Assembly (NCBI GenBank): GCA_964574415.1
Contig: CAZNNM010000005.1
Span: 130,132 to 194,131, forward strand
Reading direction: 5' to 3'
Length of the DNA stretch: 64,000 nucleotides
Source: an uncultured Rickettsiales bacterium
GTDB lineage: Bacteria; Pseudomonadota; Alphaproteobacteria; Rickettsiales; CAZNNM01
The position numbers and the translations under genes were made by a program. Positions 58,837 to 64,000 of the stretch are shown piece after piece (position 1 is the first letter of the stretch; each line of letters starts with the position of its first letter). The notes under the pieces are model-generated. The model saw nothing but the letters and a program-made list of their open reading frames with translations, made no database searches and was not told the DNA's origin.

Positions 58837-58883
58837 AGGAGTATACCCCCAATCACATCAGCGAAGATAAGTAAAACAGCGGA

Positions 58884-60152
58884 TTACTTCACCACCGTCA
58901 CCCCGCCCATATACGGACGCAGCACTTCCGGCACAACCACCGAACCATCCACCTGCTGGTAATTCTCCAGAATCGCCACCATTGTCCGGCCAATCGCTAA
59001 GGCTGAACCGTTGAGCGTATGCACAAAGCGTGTATTCTTTTCTCCCTCAGGGCGATAGCGCGCCTTCATGCGGCGGGCTTGGAAATCCCCACAATTCGAG
59101 CAACTCGAAATCTCGCGATACATGTTCTGACCCGGTAACCATACTTCCAAGTCATAGGTCTTCTGCGATGAGAAGCCCATATCACCGCTGCATAGCAACA
59201 TTACACGATAGGGCAAACCAAGCTTCTGCAACACCTTCTCCGCGCACGCCGTCATCCGCTCATGCTCAGCTTGCGATTCTTCCGGCGTGGTGATAGTTAC
59301 CAGCTCAACTTTGGTAAATTGGTGCTGACGGATCATCCCACGCGTATCCCGCCCTGCAGAGCCAGCCTCTGAGCGGAAACACGGTGTATACGCGGTATAG
59401 CGGAATGGTAGCGCCACATCTTCCACAATCGCATCTGCCACCATATTAGTAAGCGGCACTTCAGCCGTTGGAATCAAACGGTATTCATTGGTAGTCTGGA
59501 ACGAATCCTCCGCAAATTTCGGCAATTGCCCCACACCATACATCGCATTATCACGCACCAGGAAGGGCGGCACGATTTCGGTATAGCCGTGTTCAGCCGT
59601 ATGCATATCCAGCATAAACTGCGCCAGCGCACGCTCCATGCGCGCCAGCGGCCCTTTGAGCATCACGAAACGTGAGCCAGAAATCTTAGCAGCCTGCTCA
59701 AAATCCATATAACCCAGCGCTTCACCAAGGTCAAAATGCTGTTTTGGCGCAAAACTGAACGATGGAATCTCGCCCCATTTGCGCACTTCCTTATTGCCTG
59801 TTTCATCCAAACCAAGCGGCACATCATCCGCCGGAATATTCGGGATCGCCGCCAGCACTTTCGATAATTCATCATTATCATCACTGATGCTTTCCAATTC
59901 CGCCAATTGCTGCTTAATCACCTGCGCATCTTGCTTAGCGCGCTCAAACTCGGCACTGGCTTTATCTTTAATCGCGCCCATGGCTTTAGCGGTATCATTA
60001 CGCTTTTGCTGTAATTCCTGTATCTGCGTAATCCGGCTGCGGCGGCCCTCATCCAACTCCAAAATCTGGCGAGATAGCGGCTCTAGCCCACGTTTCTTTA
60101 AACCTGCATCAAAAGCTTCAGGATGTTCACGGATCCATTTTATATCATGCAT
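58884..60152 (-). CDS. serS: seryl-tRNA synthetase
   Basis: [14 protein letters not shown]..., coiled-coil arm, class II motifs [21 protein letters not shown] and [18 protein letters not shown]. The ATG at 60152 is preferred. Confidence 0.95.
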   Translation of the reverse strand: MHDIKWIREHPEAFDAGLKKRGLEPLSRQILELDEGRRSRITQIQELQQKRNDTAKAMGAIKDKASAEFERAKQDAQVIKQQLAELESISDDNDELSKVLAAIPNIPADDVPLGLDETGNKEVRKWGEIPSFSFAPKQHFDLGEALGYMDFEQAAKISGSRFVMLKGPLARMERALAQFMLDMHTAEHGYTEIVPPFLVRDNAMYGVGQLPKFAEDSFQTTNEYRLIPTAEVPLTNMVADAIVEDVALPFRYTAYTPCFRSEAGSAGRDTRGMIRQHQFTKVELVTITTPEESQAEHERMTACAEKVLQKLGLPYRVMLLCSGDMGFSSQKTYDLEVWLPGQNMYREISSCSNCGDFQARRMKARYRPEGEKNTRFVHTLNGSALAIGRTMVAILENYQQVDGSVVVPEVLRPYMGGVTVVK

Positions 60153-60930
60153 GGTTTTCTCGCTGTTGTTTGGTTTTCTCAATACGTTTGCACGCTAATA
60201 CCGATATTTCGTAAAGCAGAAGCATAGGGAAGGCAAGCCCTAACTGGCTGACCACATCCGGCGGAGTTAGAATCGCCGCGATAATAAAAATCCCCACAAT
60301 CGCATAGCGCCGTTTTTTGGCCAGACCCTGCGCAGATACAAGCCCAACACGCGTCAGCAATGTCAGCAATACGGGCAGCTGGAATGCAATACCAAATCCC
60401 ATAATAAGCTGCATCACCAGCGATAAATACTCACTCACCCGCGCCTCAAGCTGAATCGGCACGCCAGTATCTGCGCCCATACTCTCAAATCCTAGGAAGA
60501 ATCGCCACGCCAGTGGGAAAATAAAGTAATAGGCCAGCGCTGCCCCCATCAAAAATAATACTGGTGTTGCTACTAAGAACGGTAACAAGAAATGCTTCTC
60601 ACGCTTATAAAGCCCAGGCGCCATAAAAGAATAAATCTGCCAGGCCAGAAACGGGAAGGACACAAACGCAGCCGCAAAGAAGGAGACTTTCAAATAGGTA
60701 AAAAATGCTTCCGCCAGGCCGGTGTAAATCAAACGGCGGTTGGTTTCACCATGGTAAATATCGGCAAGTGGCTGCACAAGAAAAGCATAGATATGCTCAG
60801 CCCCCAGATAACATATCCCAAACACCAGCAAAAACACCGCGCAAGACCACATCAACCGGCGGCGTAGCTCGACTAGATGTTCTTGCAGCGTAAGATGCTT
60901 ATCATTGAGGGTTTCGGCTGTATTATTCAT
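60145..60930 (-). CDS. tatC: twin-arginine translocase subunit TatC
   Basis: [17 protein letters not shown]..., six TM segments, PPDVVSQ. Confidence 0.92.
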   Translation of the reverse strand: MNNTAETLNDKHLTLQEHLVELRRRLMWSCAVFLLVFGICYLGAEHIYAFLVQPLADIYHGETNRRLIYTGLAEAFFTYLKVSFFAAAFVSFPFLAWQIYSFMAPGLYKREKHFLLPFLVATPVLFLMGAALAYYFIFPLAWRFFLGFESMGADTGVPIQLEARVSEYLSLVMQLIMGFGIAFQLPVLLTLLTRVGLVSAQGLAKKRRYAIVGIFIIAAILTPPDVVSQLGLAFPMLLLYEISVLACKRIEKTKQQRENHA

Positions 60931-61234
60931 GAGGCGGCTTCTTCATCATATCCGAAATATCGTAGGTCTCTTGTAACTGGCCCTCTTGATCAACGATATA
61001 GCGCATTTTATCATTAATGGCCTTGGCTTCTTTTTCAAGCTCTGCTTTGGTATCGGATAATTCGGTTTCATCAAGCAATGCCGTAATTTGCCCGCCTACT
61101 TCTTGCTTGAACGCACGCAGTTTCTTCATACCTTGTTTACCCGCACGGATAAGCGGCGGCAAATCTTGTGGGCCGATAACCAATAATGCGACGATGATAA
61201 TAACGGCTAATTCCGCCCAGGATAAACCGAACAT
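60923..61234 (-). CDS. tatB: twin-arginine translocase TatA/TatB-family protein (TatB-like)
   Basis: MFGLSWAELAVIIIVALLVIGPQDLPPLIR followed by an amphipathic helix. 103 aa. Overlaps the tatC start. Confidence 0.75.
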   Translation of the reverse strand: MFGLSWAELAVIIIVALLVIGPQDLPPLIRAGKQGMKKLRAFKQEVGGQITALLDETELSDTKAELEKEAKAINDKMRYIVDQEGQLQETYDISDMMKKPPHE

Positions 61235-61327
61235 GATTCCAACATCCTTTCGATGGGTATCGTAGCAGCTTCTTAGCAGGATGCAATGGGGTTGTGCTCA
61301 AGAGGCGGACGCAATGTGCAATACTCT

Positions 61328-61434
61328 TGCCATTCTTGGACTTGATCCAAGAATCCATCTAAAACATAACACCCTTCTACGCATATGTTTGCTGTATTAT
61401 TGCCATGGATCCTTGGACCAAGCCCAAGGAGACA
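61328..61434. repeat. MITE-like nested-hairpin repeat (107 bp)
   Basis: tgccattcttggacttgatccaagaatccatc ... atggatccttggaccaagcccaaggagaca. Confidence 0.85.
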
Positions 61435-61507
61435 ATCAATAAGAACAACAGAATGAGCAGAGCATGCACAAGAGGCGTAAATGACCGAAACAGCAGCAAT
61501 AGCGAAA

Positions 61508-62020
61508 TTAACGCGCGCGGCTCATGCGCAATTCACGCGCACGGGTGAGGATTTTATCCTCCAAGTCATTCGCTACAGCAGGGTTAGCAGGCGTATCTTT
61601 CCATGCACCTGCACGGTCTTTCACTTGCTTGAATAACGACACACGCACACCATCAGCACGCAGACGCGTATCAAGGATCACCACATTTACCTTAAAACGC
61701 TCATTAGGCGCTTGTGGATCTTCGTACCAATCGGTAATAATAACGCCACCGAATGGATCCGCAGATGCTAGAGGGATGAAAGAGAGTGTATCCAGCGTTG
61801 CACGCCACAGATAGCTGTTAATACCGATTTCTGCGCCCGCGCCGGAGCTTTCATCGTTGCCACCAAACAAGGTCAACCCTTCACCGGTTAGCTTGCCGCG
61901 TTTCACACGACGCGCATCTTCAGGATCAATAGGATAAGATTGCTCGCCCTTCATGCCAGAACACGCAGTAATCAACGCAATAAGCGCAAAGCAGATAAAA
62001 TGACGCAGAGATATTTTCAT
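61508..62020 (-). CDS. lipoprotein, DUF3576-like
   Basis: Lipobox LITAC. YLWRATLDTLSFIPLASADPFGGVIITDWY resembles the alphaproteobacterial DUF3576 family. Assignment from memory. Confidence 0.55.
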   Translation of the reverse strand: MKISLRHFICFALIALITACSGMKGEQSYPIDPEDARRVKRGKLTGEGLTLFGGNDESSGAGAEIGINSYLWRATLDTLSFIPLASADPFGGVIITDWYEDPQAPNERFKVNVVILDTRLRADGVRVSLFKQVKDRAGAWKDTPANPAVANDLEDKILTRARELRMSRAR

Positions 62021-62174
62021 AATGTGCGCAACTTAATACAAATTGATCCAATTTGCAATCGGAAAAATAACAAGGGTGATCCGGGAGCGGCGAACAGCGA
62101 TCAGAGAATAGGAAATAGGGCGCAATATATGAGAACAACGCCTACACGCTTTTGCACCACTCCCTCGCTCTCTT

Positions 62175-62205
62175 AAAAAAGAAAAGGCGGTCAAACGACC
62201 GCCTT
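62175..62205 (-). terminator. rho-independent terminator of the porin gene
   Basis: The minus strand reads aaggcggtc-gttt-gaccgcctt followed by TTCTTTTTT. Confidence 0.8.
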
Positions 62206-62231
62206 TCCCACAAGCTCATTCCTAAACGGAA

Positions 62232-63305
62232 TTAGAAAGAAAGCTCTGTACCGATGAGCACAACGTTACCGTCGTTATCAGCCAGTGTACCAGCTGCATC
62301 AGCATCGAAGAAGCTAACTTCTACGTATGGAACCAGACCAGGAGCCAATTGGTAATCAGCACCCAGAACGATGTTTTGGAAGTCAACAGCAGGAGACTCG
62401 CTGTCGAGGTATGTTAAGCTTACGCCAACAGGACCTTGTTCGTAACCAGCACCAACTGTCCAGTAGTCTGAATCACCAGCACCAGGAGTAACTTGTACGC
62501 TTTCATTCCAGTCGCCATAAGAACCACCGAAGCTAAAGCCAGCGAAAGATACTGTAGCACCAGCAGCCCACGCACGCAGATCTTCGTTAGAAGACAATTC
62601 GTTATCAGCGATTTCACCGGTCAAAGACGCAGCAACACCAACTTGATCGTATTGAGCTGTATAGTTAATACCAGCGTTGATTACGTTTTCGTAGTCACCG
62701 TTAGCATCACCTGTGAAGCCAGCAGCTGTACCACCGTTACCTTGATCAGGTGTGTAGCTCACGCCAACTTGTACACCAGAGAAACGTGGAGAGTAGTAAG
62801 TGATTTTTGTAGCATCTTCTTGAACACCAGCGAACCACTCTGTAGGCAGAGCAGGAGTGTAAAGAGTACCAGCTGGCAGATTGATGAAATCGTAGAAGTC
62901 ACCATCGATACCACCTGTAGCACGAGCGAAGCTAGAAGCATCAACACGCAGAGCTGCAGCAGCGTCTGTGTTGTTACCAGCTTCAACGCGACCGAAACCA
63001 CCTTCAACGAAGAGGTATGTCTTGTCAGCGTTCAGACCTTCGTTGTCTGCATCAGCAGAAACGTCAGCTTCCAGTTCGATCACAGCACCATAGCCTAAGC
63101 CATTGTCGCTTTTGCCGTTCACTTTAACATGAACTTCAGTGTCGTTTTGGAACAGAACGTCACGTTGACCAGCGTCGTTGTCTTGATCAACAACACCAGC
63201 TTGGAAATCCAGGAAACCACCTAAAGAAACGGTTGGTGTTTCCGCCATTGCAGAACCAGCGAACAATGTCACCAGCGCTGTTGTACCGAGTAATACTTTT
63301 TTCAT
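62232..63305 (-). CDS. outer-membrane porin (alphaproteobacterial porin family)
   Basis: Signal peptide MKKVLLGTTALVTLFAGSAMA, alternating beta-strand pattern, Gly/Asp-rich loops, C-terminal GTELSF. Confidence 0.8.
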   Translation of the reverse strand: MKKVLLGTTALVTLFAGSAMAETPTVSLGGFLDFQAGVVDQDNDAGQRDVLFQNDTEVHVKVNGKSDNGLGYGAVIELEADVSADADNEGLNADKTYLFVEGGFGRVEAGNNTDAAAALRVDASSFARATGGIDGDFYDFINLPAGTLYTPALPTEWFAGVQEDATKITYYSPRFSGVQVGVSYTPDQGNGGTAAGFTGDANGDYENVINAGINYTAQYDQVGVAASLTGEIADNELSSNEDLRAWAAGATVSFAGFSFGGSYGDWNESVQVTPGAGDSDYWTVGAGYEQGPVGVSLTYLDSESPAVDFQNIVLGADYQLAPGLVPYVEVSFFDADAAGTLADNDGNVVLIGTELSF

Positions 63306-63430
63306 AATACTAATACCTATAAACTAGTTTTTAGTTATTTTAATTAAATAGTCGTTAGAATACAGACGTAGGCTTGCCCGCATTACTACCTGCGATAAAA
63401 ACCCATATCGCCCCCTGGCGCAACAGATTT

Positions 63431-63463
63431 ACCCTAATTGATAGCAAGAGTTAGGGTTTTTTT
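63431..63463 (+). terminator. orphan plus-strand intrinsic-terminator-like hairpin
   Basis: accctaa / ttagggt stem with a 13-nt loop, followed by a run of T residues. There is no plus-strand ORF upstream. Confidence 0.35.
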
Positions 63464-63484
63464 AAGGAAGTTGTTGCATAAATA

Positions 63485-63997
63485 CTACAAGACTGCCGCA
63501 AGCCCTATACCCGCCACACCCGATAAACCACTATCTTTCAATAACTTGATGTTTCCCCCATCAATCCCGCCCAGCCCATAAATCATGGCATCACATTGTA
63601 TTTCCTGTATATTTTTCCGCAATTGCATTATTCCCAGCGCTGGCTGACCTGGATGCGAAAGCGTAGGAAAAACAGATGAATATAGAATAATATCCACTCC
63701 CTGCCCTTGCGCCGCTAAGAGTGATGGCAGAGAATGGCAGGCATGCGTTATGAGCCATTGCGGGTATTTTTGCCGCCAATGCATTATGCGCTTGGCCTGA
63801 TACTCCGGCAGATGAATCCCATCCGCCCGCAGCCTTGCAGCAAGCTCAGGATCATTGGCAATCACGACATAATGCCCATACCGCCTGGCACTCTTTATAA
63901 TATCCGCACAATATTCACGCCGGTGTGGATGATCGTAATCCCGTATAATAATAATCGTTTTTTTAGGCCATGAAGGGATATGTGGCATAATATCCAA
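63485..63997 (-). CDS. thiamine-phosphate synthase (ThiE/TenI) family protein, short form
   Basis: IIIRDYDHP..., ADGIHLPE, THACHSL, VDIILYSSVFPTLSHPG and IYGLGGID match TMP-TENI fold landmarks. Confidence 0.65.
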   Translation of the reverse strand: MDIMPHIPSWPKKTIIIIRDYDHPHRREYCADIIKSARRYGHYVVIANDPELAARLRADGIHLPEYQAKRIMHWRQKYPQWLITHACHSLPSLLAAQGQGVDIILYSSVFPTLSHPGQPALGIMQLRKNIQEIQCDAMIYGLGGIDGGNIKLLKDSGLSGVAGIGLAAVL

Positions 63998-64000
63998 CCG

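Noticed and set aside
62493-63098. 201-aa plus-strand ORF antisense to the porin gene
   Set aside because: It is a mirror frame of a clear beta-barrel porin gene. The Ser/Thr/Cys/Val-rich translation has no start context.

Overview
The window reads as chromosomal DNA from a flagellated, chemotactic alphaproteobacterium. I infer this from gene content and motif types only and cannot name a species. About 60 protein genes are supported.

Most are housekeeping genes: argB (cut by the left edge), gor, clpB, mreBC, a fliL-fliM mini-cluster, trmB, metK, dadA-like, mreD-mrdA-rodA, dsbA-like, gltA, csrA, a cheA-W-Y-B-R operon preceded by a ChpT-like phosphotransferase, groESL, elbB, a double GT2 glycosyltransferase, rppH, ctpA, thrB, rnhA, hemF, proS, tolQRA-tolB, rluB-like, rsmD, uvrC, nadK, serS, tatBC, a porin and a thiE-like gene. 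I saw no rRNA, tRNA, CRISPR array, transposase or integrase.

The most unusual locus is 6184-9051. A 153-bp direct duplication of the clpB 3' end, containing a 68-bp perfectly identical core, brackets an AT-rich insertion of about 2.6 kb. The insertion carries a self-contained two-gene operon: an IUNH-family nucleoside hydrolase variant and a 377-aa orphan protein. A Doc/AbrB toxin-antitoxin pair lies next to it. I consider this the best candidate for an undescribed two-gene nucleoside/nucleotide-processing system delivered by an integrase-less island; the function is inference only.

Other points worth a second look:
- A dense family of nested-hairpin, MITE-like intergenic repeats at about 14 loci, including one inside the tolQ-tolR spacer.
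- An mre/mrd cluster that an inversion of about 9.9 kb would rejoin.
- A possible His-Asp-His-Asp relay built into the che operon: ChpT-like HPt, a CheA with two CheW-like domains and a C-terminal receiver, and a receiver-less CheB.
- A secreted stand-alone paralog of the TolA C-terminal domain inserted between tolA and tolB.
- A perfect 31-bp inverted repeat upstream of the che operon.
- A signal-peptide-bearing intradiol-dioxygenase-like protein that has lost the His-x-His iron ligands.
- A small cluster of DnaA-box-like sites between uvrC and nadK.

All family calls come from motif recognition by eye. No database search, GC calculation or structure prediction was run.
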